45,214 bases of DNA from Thermostichus sp. DRC_bins_24 (GCA_039794845.1 JAUQVK010000081.1:1-45214); one strand, 5' to 3'; positions 1 to 10,482 are shown, counted from the stretch's first letter. Notes: generated from the sequence alone by a model not told the origin. Numbers and translations: made by a program.

Positions 1-114
1 GTTCTGGTTCACCCAGTTCAACGCCTGCACAAAAGCACCCAGAGTCGCATCCAGTTTTGCGGCCTGCGATTCGGATACCTTGAGCTTGCAAGAGATAGTC
101 AGGACTTAGTTCAT
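1..114 (-). pseudogene. tnpB: tnpB (RNA-guided nuclease OrfB) N-terminal fragment with nonsense codon at position 3
   Basis: Reads ATG AAC TAA then VLTISCKLKVSESQAAKLDATLGAFVQALNWVNQN, a typical TnpB N-terminus. A GGAG RBS lies upstream. The other copy has CAA at the TAA codon. Confidence 0.75.
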
Positions 115-203
115 CACTCCACTTTATTTCATCCCGCTGCCAGCGGCCCATTCCTCCCGACACCCACCCTAAAGGGTAGGGTGCGGGGCTCCTGCTGCCC
201 TAG
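1..203 (-). mobile_element. IS200/IS605-family (tnpB-only, IS1341-like) element, left end plus 5' part of tnpB, running off the window start
   Basis: Reverse complement is homologous to 44940-45214. It carries an imperfect subterminal hairpin (156-187). Homology between the two copies starts at a shared TCAG (204-207, minus strand). There is no tnpA between the left end and tnpB. Confidence 0.8.
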
Positions 204-250
204 CTGAAAGGAGGGATCCTGTTCAGGTTGAGCCAATCCCATTGTCTTCA

Positions 251-1651
251 TCAGGCCCCTCCGTGGTGAACGGTCTTCACCCACTTCAGGCGTTTCGGTT
301 GCACACACATGCGGGCGGTGGTGGCGATCATGACCGGGAACCAGTGCAGCATGTACACCAGCCCTAGCCCGGTGTGCCACCACAGTTGTCGCCCCCGCAG
401 CCCCTCCACCTGCCGCAGTCCGCGGTAAAAGGCCACCGTCAAGCAGCCCATCACCAGGGCATTGAGGGGCAGCAACACCGAAGAATGACCTGTCAGCAGC
501 ACCCAGAGGGTATCGGGCACCAGAGCCATCGGCAGGAGGTACTGGGAGATAAAAAAGGCCCAGAGATCCAGGCTTTTGGCCGCCCCCATGCGGCGACTGA
601 GGATCCCCGGCCAGTAGTCGAGATACCGCTGGTAGCCGCCCTCCGCCCAGCGGCAGCGTTGGTGCCAGAGGCTTCTCCAGGAGGTGACCCCCTCTTCGGC
701 GATGGCAGGCTCAGAGAGAAAGGCAATATCCACGCCCGCCAAGTGCAGCTTGAAGGTGAGGTCCAAATCGTCGGTGAGGGTACTTTCATTCCAGCCGCCG
801 CACTTTTCCAGCACATCCCGCCGCACCAGTTGACCATTGCCCCGCAGTTCCCCAATGCCCCTGACGGCCACCCGCTGTTGTTGCAGGTAACTGTCGGAGG
901 CCATTTCCGCCACCTGTCCCCTTGTCCAAAAATTGATGTTGGCGTTGCTAACGGCCTTGCGCACCTGCACAGCCCCGATGGGGCGTCTGCTGGCACGCTG
1001 GGTTTGGGCAAATAGCGGTAGGGTACGAATCAAGAAGTCCGGCGGCACAACGGAGTCGGCATCGCAAACCAGAATGATCTCGCCATCGGTCAAGGGCAGC
1101 ACTTCATTTAACGCGCCAGACTTGCCTCCGCCGCGACCGGGCTGGCGATGGTAGACCCGCAGATGCGGGATCCGCATTTGGGCCTCCCGCAGAATATCAG
1201 GGGTGGCATCGCTGCTGTCGTCATCGATGGCCCACAGTTCCAGGTGGCTGGTGGGGTAGTTGAGCTGGCTCAGGCTTTGTAACAGACGGGGCAACACCGC
1301 ACTTTCGTTCTTGGCTGGAATCAATACCGCCACGCGGGGTAAGGCCGGGAAGTTTGCCCCAGAAGATACGGTCTCTGCATCCGTTTTGGGTTTGGGATCC
1401 CAAGTGAGGGGAGGCAGGGGTGCCGCCGGCTGCAGACGAAACAGGCGATTGATGTGCACCACCATCAGAGTGGCCAGGCCAATGGTAAACCAGCGGGCCT
1501 CGGGAACCAAGTGCATGAGGCTGACGAGCCCCCACACCAAAACCAGCACCAGTAGAGCTTTCAGGCGACGACGTTGGGCAGGTGTCAGCAGCCAGTCGGG
1601 GAGATGGAGATCCTCAAGAGGTTCAGGCTCTGACCAGACGAACTCAGACAT
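251..1651 (-). CDS. mgdA: GT2 family glycosyltransferase, probable monoglucosyldiacylglycerol synthase
   Basis: N-terminal TM helices and the DDDS, DAD, TDD and QRCRW processive GT2 motifs, with C-terminal WVKTVHHG. ATG 1651 has an RBS; an alternative TTG start is at 1705. Confidence 0.8.
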   Translation of the reverse strand: MSEFVWSEPEPLEDLHLPDWLLTPAQRRRLKALLVLVLVWGLVSLMHLVPEARWFTIGLATLMVVHINRLFRLQPAAPLPPLTWDPKPKTDAETVSSGANFPALPRVAVLIPAKNESAVLPRLLQSLSQLNYPTSHLELWAIDDDSSDATPDILREAQMRIPHLRVYHRQPGRGGGKSGALNEVLPLTDGEIILVCDADSVVPPDFLIRTLPLFAQTQRASRRPIGAVQVRKAVSNANINFWTRGQVAEMASDSYLQQQRVAVRGIGELRGNGQLVRRDVLEKCGGWNESTLTDDLDLTFKLHLAGVDIAFLSEPAIAEEGVTSWRSLWHQRCRWAEGGYQRYLDYWPGILSRRMGAAKSLDLWAFFISQYLLPMALVPDTLWVLLTGHSSVLLPLNALVMGCLTVAFYRGLRQVEGLRGRQLWWHTGLGLVYMLHWFPVMIATTARMCVQPKRLKWVKTVHHGGA

Positions 1652-1824
1652 GGGGATCCCTCTCCCGGGGTGAGCAACTTGGCGCAGCTTTTCCCGCCGA
1701 CTCAAGATCAGGAGGGGAAGCTGTTACTTATTGTCACCTATTGTTTCCACAGGTGAAGTGGGGAATGGCAAATTCGGATCTCCAAGTGAGCTGTAAAGAA
1801 GTGAGCTGAAAGGGAACTTGGCAC

Positions 1825-2286
1825 TTATGGGTTACCGCGGATTTCTTTGATCACCCCATCCTCAAGCAGGATCTCCACCTGCATTTTCTGGATGAGGTTG
1901 TCGCCCTGCTGCACCCGGAAGAAGCTCTCGACATTGCCCTGCAGCACCTCCTGGTTCAGCTCCAAGGTGCCCAGCTGGTTGGCCTGCTGCAGCAGTTGGT
2001 TTTTCTGATCCAGAAGTTTGATCTTTTGTTCGTTGACTCGGCTTTTGACAGCTTCCACCTGCTGAAGAACCTGTGGGCTGTTGGGGTTGGGGCTCTGCTT
2101 TTCCAGCTCGGCAATGGCCCGCTTGCCTTGAAATTCCAGTTGCTGCATTTGGGCATCAGTGGCCTGGATCTGCCGCTGCAGTTGCTCCTGCATTTCGCTT
2201 TTCCAGAGGGAGGTGACCACCACCTTGATGGGAATGTTGCGCTTGAGCAGTAACTGAGTACCGTTGCCGATGTTGTTCTCTTCCAT
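1825..2286 (-). CDS. YlqD family coiled-coil protein
   Basis: LLLKRNIPIKVVVT...GDNLIQKMQVEILLEDGVIKEIRG pattern. ATG at 2286 chosen. Confidence 0.8.
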   Translation of the reverse strand: MEENNIGNGTQLLLKRNIPIKVVVTSLWKSEMQEQLQRQIQATDAQMQQLEFQGKRAIAELEKQSPNPNSPQVLQQVEAVKSRVNEQKIKLLDQKNQLLQQANQLGTLELNQEVLQGNVESFFRVQQGDNLIQKMQVEILLEDGVIKEIRGNP

Positions 2287-2565
2287 AAAACCTAATCCGG
2301 GCAGACTATCTAGCAAATCAGGGGTCTGCGCTCCCGCAGAACCATTCCTTCAGAATTTTGGGGCCGAGAAGGGGGTCTTGACACACCACACTTTTCCCCG
2401 CCGCAACGGAGAACCCGCTTACCTATCCTATCGGCTGGGATCCCTGCGGTAAAGTCTTATTTTCGAGGGAATCCCTGGTTTTGGTTAAGGATCTTGAAGG
2501 CTGACGGCGTGCTCCGGCGTAGATTCAGCTAGCGTGAGAAACAGTGTTCTTGTTTTGCAGCAGCC

Positions 2566-3552
2566 ATGAGCGAATCGGCCTTGACCACCCCTGAGCCCTC
2601 TACCATCGTCACGGAGCCGGTGCGGATTGCCTCCCGCAAGAGTGAGTTGGCTTTGGTGCAAACCCATTGGGTGATGGGGCAGTTACAGGAACACCATCCG
2701 GGATTGATCCTCGAGCTAAACACCCTCTCCACCCAGGGGGACATCATCCTGGATGTGGCGCTGGCCAAGATCGGGGATAAGGGCCTCTTCACCAAAGAGC
2801 TGGAGGTGGGCCTGTTGAAGGGCAGTAGCGATTTGGCGGTGCATAGCCTTAAGGATCTGCCCACACGCCTGCCGGAGGGGTTGGTGTTGGGGGCGATCAC
2901 ACAGCGGGAGGATCCCTTGGATGCCTTGGTGGTTCACGAGAAGTTTCGGGACTACCAGCTCTCCACGTTACCGGAGGGGACGGTGATCGGCACTTCTTCG
3001 TTGCGGCGGCTGGCTCAGTTGCGCCATGCATTTCCCCATTTGCAGTTCAAGGATGTGCGGGGCAACTTAAATACCCGTTTGGCCAAGCTGGACAACGGTG
3101 ATTACGATGGGCTGATCTTAGCGGTGGCGGGTCTGAAACGCCTGGGCAAGGGGGATCGCATCCATCAGGTGTTGGATCCGAGTGTGTCTTTGTATGCCGT
3201 CGGGCAGGGATCTCTGGGGATCGAGTGCCGTCAGGGGGATGAGCGCATTTTGGCCCTGATTCAACCCTTGGCAGATGCCGAGGCGACGGCGCGGTGTTTG
3301 GCGGAACGGGCCTTGCTGCGGGCGTTGGAAGGAGGCTGCCAGGTGCCGATCGGAGTCCACAGCCAAGTGCAGGGGGATACGCTACACCTGACGGGCATGG
3401 TGGCCCAACTGGATGGCCAACGGCTAATCCGCGACAGCCAAACGGGATCCCTGCAGGAGGCGGAAGCGATCGGGGTGGCCCTGGCGGACAAGTTAAAGCA
3501 ACAGGGGGCAGATGAGATTTTGCAAGCCATTTTCGCCCAGGCCCGAAGTTAA
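2566..3552 (+). CDS. hemC: hydroxymethylbilane synthase (porphobilinogen deaminase)
   Basis: [35 protein letters not shown] and LEGGCQVP motifs. Confidence 0.97.
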   Translation: MSESALTTPEPSTIVTEPVRIASRKSELALVQTHWVMGQLQEHHPGLILELNTLSTQGDIILDVALAKIGDKGLFTKELEVGLLKGSSDLAVHSLKDLPTRLPEGLVLGAITQREDPLDALVVHEKFRDYQLSTLPEGTVIGTSSLRRLAQLRHAFPHLQFKDVRGNLNTRLAKLDNGDYDGLILAVAGLKRLGKGDRIHQVLDPSVSLYAVGQGSLGIECRQGDERILALIQPLADAEATARCLAERALLRALEGGCQVPIGVHSQVQGDTLHLTGMVAQLDGQRLIRDSQTGSLQEAEAIGVALADKLKQQGADEILQAIFAQARS

Positions 3553-3576
3553 GGGATCCTCAGGCTCAGCCCAGCC

Positions 3577-5061
3577 TCATTCTCTACGGATTGCCAAGCG
3601 GCGCTCAAACTGCAGCCCGATCAGGATCACTCCGAGGCCACTGGACACCAGCGCCACCGATTTGAGCAAAAGGCTGGTATCGTACTCGAAAAAGCGCGTT
3701 AGCGCCACCAGGGTTAGCCCCAGCAGCCCTTGCCAAAAACGGCCCCGCTGCCCTTGCTGCAACCCTTCCCAGCAGAGCACCGCAGAAAACCCCAGCAGCA
3801 AAAGCGTAGCCAACCAAGGGCCGAAAAAGGCCAAGGCCAACCCAACAGTTGAGTCTGTGGTGATCCCACTGGTGACCAGCAACAACAGGGCCAAACTAAG
3901 CAAGCAGCCGAAAACGACCGCATCCTTGAGCCAAGTGGAAAAGGGCTGTGACCGCATCCTCTGCCAACCTTGCCACCAGCCCCAAAGGGTGAGCAGCAGC
4001 AGTCCCGCCCCAGACAGCATAGTCCAAGGATACTCCCCAATATAGGGCCCGATGTAGGGCCAAAGCGGCTCGGCAGAGCGATAATCAACCCAGGCAAACC
4101 GGAAGCTCCAACCATAGAGCAAAAAGCCCAACCCCAAAGAGGCCAGTAACTGCGCCGTCGGGGCCAGATCCAAACCCTGCTGCAGGTCTTCCAAGGCTCC
4201 GGGTTCTGAATCGGAACTGGCATCCCTCAGCAAAACCTGTTGCAGCCAGGGCAACTGACGCTGGTGCCAAAGCCCCAGGCCCCACACCGCCGCAATACCG
4301 AGCAAGTGCACGAGGGTAAACTCTTCTATATCCAAAACCGACCAAAAGCTGTCGGAACCGGTGACCAGGAGTTGCAACGCTAGGGCAAAATTCAGCACCG
4401 CAACGGCGAAAATCCAGCGGGAACAGCACCAATAGGCCAGGGGCAACATTACCCCGATCACCAGCCAGGGGTACAAGGGCGTTTGGTAAAGACCGAGCCC
4501 AGGCCCCCATCCCTCGATGTCGGTTAGTGCAGCCACACTCAGCAAAATCAGGGCCAGCACCCCGCTGGGGCTATGGCGCAAACCGTAGGCCATGGCCAAA
4601 ACCCCCAACCCCCAAGCCAGGAATAGCCCCGCCGGGGATCCCCCCACCTGCATCCACTGGGCCATCAGGCCAATGCAAGCCCCGAAGCTCAGTTCCCCGG
4701 CCAACAGCAACATGCTCCCCAGCCGCCGGGATCCCTGCCGCCAGAGGTGAAAGCCCGAAACCTGCAGGCCCACCATCACCCCCAAGCAGCTCAAGGCCCG
4801 TACCGAGCGCGGGATCTCCGCCCAATTGGCCGCCACAAACGAAATAACGCCCAAACCCACCAACACTGCCCCAAACAGGAGCAGCACCAGGGCAAATCGT
4901 CCGCTAGCGGAGCGATTGAGGGTGTGCAATTGATAAAACTGGCGAAGACGATCCCGTTGCTCTGGCTCGATCAACCCCTCGGTTACCCAGTCATCCAACA
5001 CCCCCGCCAATTGGCGACGGAAGCGTTCGTTGAGGTAAAGGGTGCGTTTCGACGGCGTCAT
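3577..5061 (-). CDS. DUF2157-domain multi-pass membrane protein
   Basis: W..EGLI..EQ N-terminus, GVISFVAANW motif, many TM helices and C-terminal RFFEYDTSLLLKS. Confidence 0.8.
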   Translation of the reverse strand: MTPSKRTLYLNERFRRQLAGVLDDWVTEGLIEPEQRDRLRQFYQLHTLNRSASGRFALVLLLFGAVLVGLGVISFVAANWAEIPRSVRALSCLGVMVGLQVSGFHLWRQGSRRLGSMLLLAGELSFGACIGLMAQWMQVGGSPAGLFLAWGLGVLAMAYGLRHSPSGVLALILLSVAALTDIEGWGPGLGLYQTPLYPWLVIGVMLPLAYWCCSRWIFAVAVLNFALALQLLVTGSDSFWSVLDIEEFTLVHLLGIAAVWGLGLWHQRQLPWLQQVLLRDASSDSEPGALEDLQQGLDLAPTAQLLASLGLGFLLYGWSFRFAWVDYRSAEPLWPYIGPYIGEYPWTMLSGAGLLLLTLWGWWQGWQRMRSQPFSTWLKDAVVFGCLLSLALLLLVTSGITTDSTVGLALAFFGPWLATLLLLGFSAVLCWEGLQQGQRGRFWQGLLGLTLVALTRFFEYDTSLLLKSVALVSSGLGVILIGLQFERRLAIRRE

Positions 5062-5211
5062 CGCGGGATCCTCCTAGCCAAGATTCACAGGGTTGCTTTG
5101 TTTGCGCCTTGTCACCCAAAGGCTGGGTCACCTTCCCGTGCTGCTCCGCAACGCTGATGCAACCGGGGTGCCGTGGGCGTAGCGACAACTGGTCACAGTA
5201 TGGACAGGAGT

Positions 5212-5994
5212 TCAAACCTTTTCCAGCTCGGAGGAGCCAGTTTGTGCACTGACCTTTTGCTCCACCCGCTGTAGCACCTCCTGGTAACCCGCCACCGGAT
5301 CGCCAAGATCAAACCGAAAGAGATCTTTATCCAGCACCCGCTGTTCAGAGGCGCTCTCCCCCGCCAAGTCCCAAAGGCGGCAGGTATCGGGGCTAATTTC
5401 GTCGGCCAGCAAGATTTCCCCGGTCTGATCCAGGCCAAACTCCAGCTTGAAGTCAATCAACTCCAACTGACAGCCCCGGAAAAAGGTCTGCAATTGCTGG
5501 TTTATTGCCAAAGCCAGGGATCCCAACTGTTGAACCTGTGCTGGGGTGGCCAGCTTCAGGAGACGAATGTGATCCTCGGTGATCAAGGGATCCCCAAGGG
5601 CATCGTTTTTGTAATAAAACTCCAGCAAAGGCGGCTCGATGGGCAGCCCCCGCTCGAGGCCCAGGCGTTTGCACAGGCTACCGGCAGCTCGGTTGCGCAC
5701 CACCACTTCGAGGGGCAGAATCTGCAGGGCCTTCACCTGCATTTCGGTTGGGCCGGTTTGGGCGATGAAATGGCTGGGGATCCCCTGTTGGGCCAAGTAG
5801 GTGAACAGGTGGCTGGAAACGGTGCAGTTCACCTCGCCTTTGCCGGCGATGGATCCCCGCTTTTGGGCATTGAAGGCGGTGGCATCGTCTTTGTACCGGC
5901 AGAGATAGACCTGTGGATCGGCGGTGCGAAAAATACGCTTGGCCTTGCCCTCGTAGAGCAACTCCTGCGGGGTAGGGGTGGGTGAGGATGGCAT
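5212..5994 (-). CDS. purC: phosphoribosylaminoimidazole-succinocarboxamide synthase
   Basis: LYEGKAK, KDDATAFNA, DFKLEFG, LADEISPDTCRLWD and DKDLFR motifs. Start moved to ATG 5994 to avoid overlap with the upstream gene. Confidence 0.95.
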   Translation of the reverse strand: MPSSPTPTPQELLYEGKAKRIFRTADPQVYLCRYKDDATAFNAQKRGSIAGKGEVNCTVSSHLFTYLAQQGIPSHFIAQTGPTEMQVKALQILPLEVVVRNRAAGSLCKRLGLERGLPIEPPLLEFYYKNDALGDPLITEDHIRLLKLATPAQVQQLGSLALAINQQLQTFFRGCQLELIDFKLEFGLDQTGEILLADEISPDTCRLWDLAGESASEQRVLDKDLFRFDLGDPVAGYQEVLQRVEQKVSAQTGSSELEKV

Positions 5995-6008
5995 GGGAAA
6001 AGGTGCCT

Positions 6009-7475
6009 CTAGTACCCGGCCAGTTGTCCGCGGATCCCTTGCCAAAGGGTAATGGCGATAATGCGCAGATCCAACCACAACGACCAGTTTTGCACGTAAT
6101 ACAGATCATATTGGGTACGGCGAGCAATACTGGTATCTCCCCGCAGGCCGTGAATTTGGGCCCATCCCGTCAGGCCGGTTTTCACCAGGTGTCGATCCAA
6201 ATATTTCGGGATCTCCTGGCTGAATTGCCGGACAAAATAGGGGCGCTCCGGGCGTGGCCCCACCAGGCTCATTTCCCCCTTCAACACATTCCACAACTGC
6301 GGCAGCTCATCCAGGTTTGTCCGGCGCAAGAGGGCCCCGATCCGTGTGCGGCGGGGATCCCCGGGGCGGGTCCAACCGGGTTGCTCTAGTTGTTCTGCAT
6401 CCACCCGCATGGTGCGAAATTTGGCGATCCAAAAGGGCCGGCCATCCAGGCTGATGCGCTCTTGGTAATAGAAAATCGGGCCGGGGCTGCTGCAGGCGAC
6501 GAGGGCTGCGATCCCCAACAACAGCGGGCTGAGCAGGATTAACCCCAGCAACGCCCCGAGAATATCCATTGATCGCTTCAGGTAACGATTGTGGGCATAC
6601 CGCAGAGGGGGATCCCGCAAAGTCAACAAAGGGATCCCATCCAGAGATTGCAAGCTGAGGTTGACGGTCAAAAACGCAAGAATATCCGGCACCAAGCGCA
6701 CCTGTCGTGAGAGAGCTTGCAAGCTCAACAACAGCGGAGCCGTGGCTAAGTCCGGTCGCCCAAACCAAACCTCTTGAATGGTGGGGTGGCTTTGCAAATA
6801 GGCGATCAAATGGGCCAGCTCGATTCGTTCAATGGCATCGACATTCCCAAAGGGAGGATCTATTCCGGAGCTTGCCAAGGGATCCCCTCCCTCAGAATTG
6901 GACACTTGACCCTGAAAATCGGTGCCCTCACCCGCCCAAGCCACCACCTCAAACCCCAACTGGGGGGAGCGCCCCAATCGTTCCAGTACTTCCCCCAAGA
7001 TCGGGTTGGATCCCACCCAGATCACCTGTCGTCGCCCGTAGCCTTGGGAGCGTAACCAGCCCATGCCCAGCCGCAAACCCGCCCGCATCAGGGTGAGTTC
7101 CAGCAAAGCCAGCAAGCCAGCATAGCCCAGAACCAGCCGCGACAAGGAGACCGAGCGAATAAAGAACGCCCCCGCCAAGACCAAGCCAAAAGTGCAGCTC
7201 AACCCCACCAGCACACTGGCCCACTCCTCAAAGCGAGACAGGCGTTTCGTTTCGCTGTAGCCCCCCAAACCCGCTTGAACGCCCCAATAACTGAGAACGG
7301 TTAACAACCCCAAACCCGCGTACACATCCCAGGGCAAGAGCCGATGGGGAGTGAGGCTGCGCAGGTAATAGGCCAGGGCAAAGGCTAGCCCGATGCAAAG
7401 GCCATCTGTAATGCAGGCCAAGGGCACCCACAAGCGCTGTGGATCCAGCCAGGCCCTCTGGCCCCGTTCAGCCAA
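6009..7475 (-). CDS. undecaprenyl-phosphate glucose phosphotransferase (WcaJ-like priming sugar transferase)
   Basis: N-terminal TMs, then [39 protein letters not shown] and DLYY motifs. Confidence 0.9.
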   Translation of the reverse strand: MAERGQRAWLDPQRLWVPLACITDGLCIGLAFALAYYLRSLTPHRLLPWDVYAGLGLLTVLSYWGVQAGLGGYSETKRLSRFEEWASVLVGLSCTFGLVLAGAFFIRSVSLSRLVLGYAGLLALLELTLMRAGLRLGMGWLRSQGYGRRQVIWVGSNPILGEVLERLGRSPQLGFEVVAWAGEGTDFQGQVSNSEGGDPLASSGIDPPFGNVDAIERIELAHLIAYLQSHPTIQEVWFGRPDLATAPLLLSLQALSRQVRLVPDILAFLTVNLSLQSLDGIPLLTLRDPPLRYAHNRYLKRSMDILGALLGLILLSPLLLGIAALVACSSPGPIFYYQERISLDGRPFWIAKFRTMRVDAEQLEQPGWTRPGDPRRTRIGALLRRTNLDELPQLWNVLKGEMSLVGPRPERPYFVRQFSQEIPKYLDRHLVKTGLTGWAQIHGLRGDTSIARRTQYDLYYVQNWSLWLDLRIIAITLWQGIRGQLAGY

Positions 7476-7657
7476 TGGTTTCCTCCCGCCCTCAAAAGAC
7501 TGCCAACAATCTTACATCTCGATTTCATCTCTCGATTTCATTAAGATAGCGAATTGTTTTGGCTCAAACCTACCCAAGGCTCACATGAGCAGAGGAGAAT
7601 CAACAGGGATCCCCGACGGTTTTCTCGAGGGATCGTCGCACCTCTGGAGAGTTGAAC

Positions 7658-8431
7658 ATGCACCCCATCTGGATTGGATCCCTGGGCAGCCTGCTTGCCG
7701 GATTGGCCACCGCTTTGGGGGCATTACCGGCCCTTTTTGTTTCCTCCATCTCAGAGCGGGCCCAAGGGATCCTGCTGGGGTTCGGGGGTGGGGTGATGCT
7801 GGCGGCCACCTCTTTTTCTCTGCTGGTGCCGGGCACAGAGGCGGCCATGGCCTTGGGCTACTCCCAGTTCATTGCGGCCCTGATCATGGGGGCGGGCATG
7901 TTGATGGGGGCGGTTTTTCTGGAGAGTGCCCACCGATTTTTCCCCCATGAGCACTTTTTTAAGGGAGTAGAAGGAGAGAACCGCGCCCACCTGAAGCGCA
8001 TTTGGCTGTTCATCATCGCCATTACGTTGCACAATCTACCGGAAGGGTTGGCAGTGGGGGTGGGTTTTGCCACCGGAGCGGTAACGGATGGATTGCCCCT
8101 GGCAATTGGCATTGGCCTACAAAACATCCCAGAAGGCTTGGTGGTGGCCTTGTCCTTGGTGGCTCAGGGGTATCGGCGGCTGTTTGCCTTGCAGGTGGCG
8201 GTGTTGACCGGTTTGGTGGAGCCGATTGGTGGCATCATTGGGGCAACGGTGGTGTCGTTGGCGCAGCCCCTGTTGCCGTGGGGAATGGCTTTTGCGGCGG
8301 GGGCGATGTTGTTTGTCATTTCGGATGAGATCATTCCCGAATCTCATCGGCAGGGCATGGAACGAGAGGCCACCTTTGGGGTGATGAGCGGATTTGTGGT
8401 GATGATGTTGCTGGATATTGCGTTGGGCTAG
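7658..8431 (+). CDS. ZIP family divalent metal (Zn/Fe) transporter
   Basis: HNLPEGLAVG, QNIPEG and DEIIPESH motifs and a His-rich PHEH loop. Confidence 0.9.
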   Translation: MHPIWIGSLGSLLAGLATALGALPALFVSSISERAQGILLGFGGGVMLAATSFSLLVPGTEAAMALGYSQFIAALIMGAGMLMGAVFLESAHRFFPHEHFFKGVEGENRAHLKRIWLFIIAITLHNLPEGLAVGVGFATGAVTDGLPLAIGIGLQNIPEGLVVALSLVAQGYRRLFALQVAVLTGLVEPIGGIIGATVVSLAQPLLPWGMAFAAGAMLFVISDEIIPESHRQGMEREATFGVMSGFVVMMLLDIALG

Positions 8432-8442
8432 CAAGGGATCCC

Positions 8443-9243
8443 ATGTTAGGCAATGAACCTTTTTTGTGGCGCGGGGCTGAGGGGGAGGCCTCTCCCCAGG
8501 CTCATGCCTGTCTGCTGCTGCATGGGTTGGGGGGCGGTATCTACGAATTGCAGTGGTTGGCGGAACGGTTGCTGGCTTTGGGCCTGACGGTACAGGGCTT
8601 CAACTATCCTGGCCATGATCACCCGGCTCCACGCATGCCGCGCTCCAGCTGGACGGAATGGTATGGGCGGGTTTTGGAGCATTATCTGACTTTGCAGCAG
8701 GACTACCCACGGGTTTCTCTGGTGGGGTTTTCCACCGGATGCCCCTTGGCGCTGCATTTGGCCTTTGCCCACCCCGTTCATAAATTGGTCTTGCTGTCTC
8801 CGTTTTTGGCCATTCGCCACCGTTGGTTTTACGGATTGCGCCCGGAGCAATATCTGAATAGCCTTGGTTGGCTCCTAGAAGATGTGCCCCGCTTCAGGTT
8901 GCCGATTCGAGATGGGGATGCACGAGCTTTGGCGGAGAAAACCGCCTATTTTCAGAGCTTCAATTTGCCCTCGGTGCGCAGTGCCCTGGAGCTGATCGAG
9001 CGGGTGAAAGGGGAAGTGGCCCGCATTCAGGTGCCGACCCTGATCCTGCAATCTCGGCAAGATACGGTGGTGGATCCCGACCAGGCGGAATGGCTCTACC
9101 GGGAACTGGGATCCCAGCAGAAAACCTTGCACTGGCTGGAGCACTCTGACCACATCATCACTTTGGATGGCGAGCGAGAAGCGGTGTATGCCTGGGTTTG
9201 TAACTTTCTCACCCACGATGTTTCTCCGCCCGAATCAACGTAA
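8443..9243 (+). CDS. alpha/beta hydrolase, carboxylesterase-like
   Basis: LLLHG oxyanion motif, GFSTG nucleophile elbow, D-TVV and SDH catalytic residues. Confidence 0.85.
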   Translation: MLGNEPFLWRGAEGEASPQAHACLLLHGLGGGIYELQWLAERLLALGLTVQGFNYPGHDHPAPRMPRSSWTEWYGRVLEHYLTLQQDYPRVSLVGFSTGCPLALHLAFAHPVHKLVLLSPFLAIRHRWFYGLRPEQYLNSLGWLLEDVPRFRLPIRDGDARALAEKTAYFQSFNLPSVRSALELIERVKGEVARIQVPTLILQSRQDTVVDPDQAEWLYRELGSQQKTLHWLEHSDHIITLDGEREAVYAWVCNFLTHDVSPPEST

Positions 9244-10018
9244 CCCTTTGCCAAGCACCACGGGCATCGTAGTCACGGATCAACCGCAGCCCTTGGCGGC
9301 CATCTTCCGGCCGGGGAAACCAGCTCAGGCTCACAGAAAAGCTGCGGTCGCCATGGGTGGTGGGCATGGGCAAGGGATCCGGCCCGGCGATCCACAACCC
9401 GCCCGGCAAGGGATCCCAATCGCTCATCCACTCTGCCCCTGAAAAGCAAACCTCCCTTTCGCTAGGGTGGTAATCTCCAGCCGCAAAGCTTTGGGCAATC
9501 CCCCGCCACTGCCCTTGCAGGCGTTCTCTAAGCTGCTCTTTGGAAATCGGTGGACTCACCCCAGCCGGATCCAGCATTTGACCCCGCTCCTCCAGAATCG
9601 TTGTCACCTCAACCAGACGACCCTGCGCATCCCATTGCTGCACCACCCGCGCCTTGCGATCCCCCCACAGAAATCCTTGCTCGACGGCAAAATCGCTAAA
9701 CGGCGCCAGTTGCACCCGCCCATTGGAGAAGGATCCCTCCGAAAAAAAGCGCAGCCCTGCCGAAAAGTCTTGGTAAACCCAACTGTGAGAGTTCCCTAGT
9801 GTAGGGGATCCCTGCAGGGGGTAGTAGGTATTGGTTTGGCGGATCCCGCTTGCTGCCCCTGAACTTTCGGCAGCAGAGGGCGAGTCTAGGGTTTCAAAGG
9901 TGATGCGGCTGCGTTTTTGCCCGCTCAGCTCCCAACCGTCGGCTGTAGGCCGGTAGTCGGAGAAGAGGCCGTGCCATTCCCCCAAGTGCAGAGCCAAGCA
10001 TTGTTTCTGGGTTTTCAT
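9209..10018 (-). CDS. DUF3598 family protein
   Basis: LGEWHGLF, FFSEGSFSNG and RLIRDYDARGAW patterns typical of this cyanobacterial family. Confidence 0.7.
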   Translation of the reverse strand: MKTQKQCLALHLGEWHGLFSDYRPTADGWELSGQKRSRITFETLDSPSAAESSGAASGIRQTNTYYPLQGSPTLGNSHSWVYQDFSAGLRFFSEGSFSNGRVQLAPFSDFAVEQGFLWGDRKARVVQQWDAQGRLVEVTTILEERGQMLDPAGVSPPISKEQLRERLQGQWRGIAQSFAAGDYHPSEREVCFSGAEWMSDWDPLPGGLWIAGPDPLPMPTTHGDRSFSVSLSWFPRPEDGRQGLRLIRDYDARGAWQRVTLIRAEKHRG

Positions 10019-10068
10019 TAAGCAACGTGAAGTAAGATTGTGGAGACGAAACGCTGGAGAGCAGGCGG

Positions 10069-10431
10069 ATGTGGAAGAAACTCCGAGGGGGCATTCTACT
10101 GGTTTTGGGGTTTATGCTGTCCCCCCTTTCCTGGTGGAATGACTTGTTCTTCAATCTGCCGATTGCCTATGGGGTTGGGTACCTCTGTAGCTTATGGCAG
10201 CCGCAGTGGCTTTTGGGAGGAACTATTGTCGGTTACTGGCTCTCCAATTTGGTCGGTATTGTCATGATGCAGTTCGGGGCTACAGATGTGGTGAAAAAGG
10301 ATGAAAAGCCCCGCAATTTGAAACGGGAGCTGTTGATTGGCCTGGCGTCTTCCACCGCCTACACGTTGGTGATCGTTGGGTTGGTGCAACTCCACATCGT
10401 TGATATTGGCGCTATTTTCCCGCTTTCCTGA
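10069..10431 (+). CDS. conserved cyanobacterial small membrane protein
   Basis: LSPLSWWNDLFFNLPIAY motif and about three TM helices. Confidence 0.75.
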   Translation: MWKKLRGGILLVLGFMLSPLSWWNDLFFNLPIAYGVGYLCSLWQPQWLLGGTIVGYWLSNLVGIVMMQFGATDVVKKDEKPRNLKRELLIGLASSTAYTLVIVGLVQLHIVDIGAIFPLS

Positions 10432-10482
10432 GTGGATTTAAGCAGCGTATTGGGATCCCTGTTTTTGTTCTGGCAAGGCTCT

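Noticed and set aside
4991..5215. 74-aa ORF with a CPYC motif after purC
   Set aside because: It has a TTG start, overlaps the next gene by 71 bp, has no second Cys pair and contains a dispersed repeat.
7543..7560. Zur box upstream of the ZIP transporter
   Set aside because: Too poor a match to TGATAATNATTATCA.
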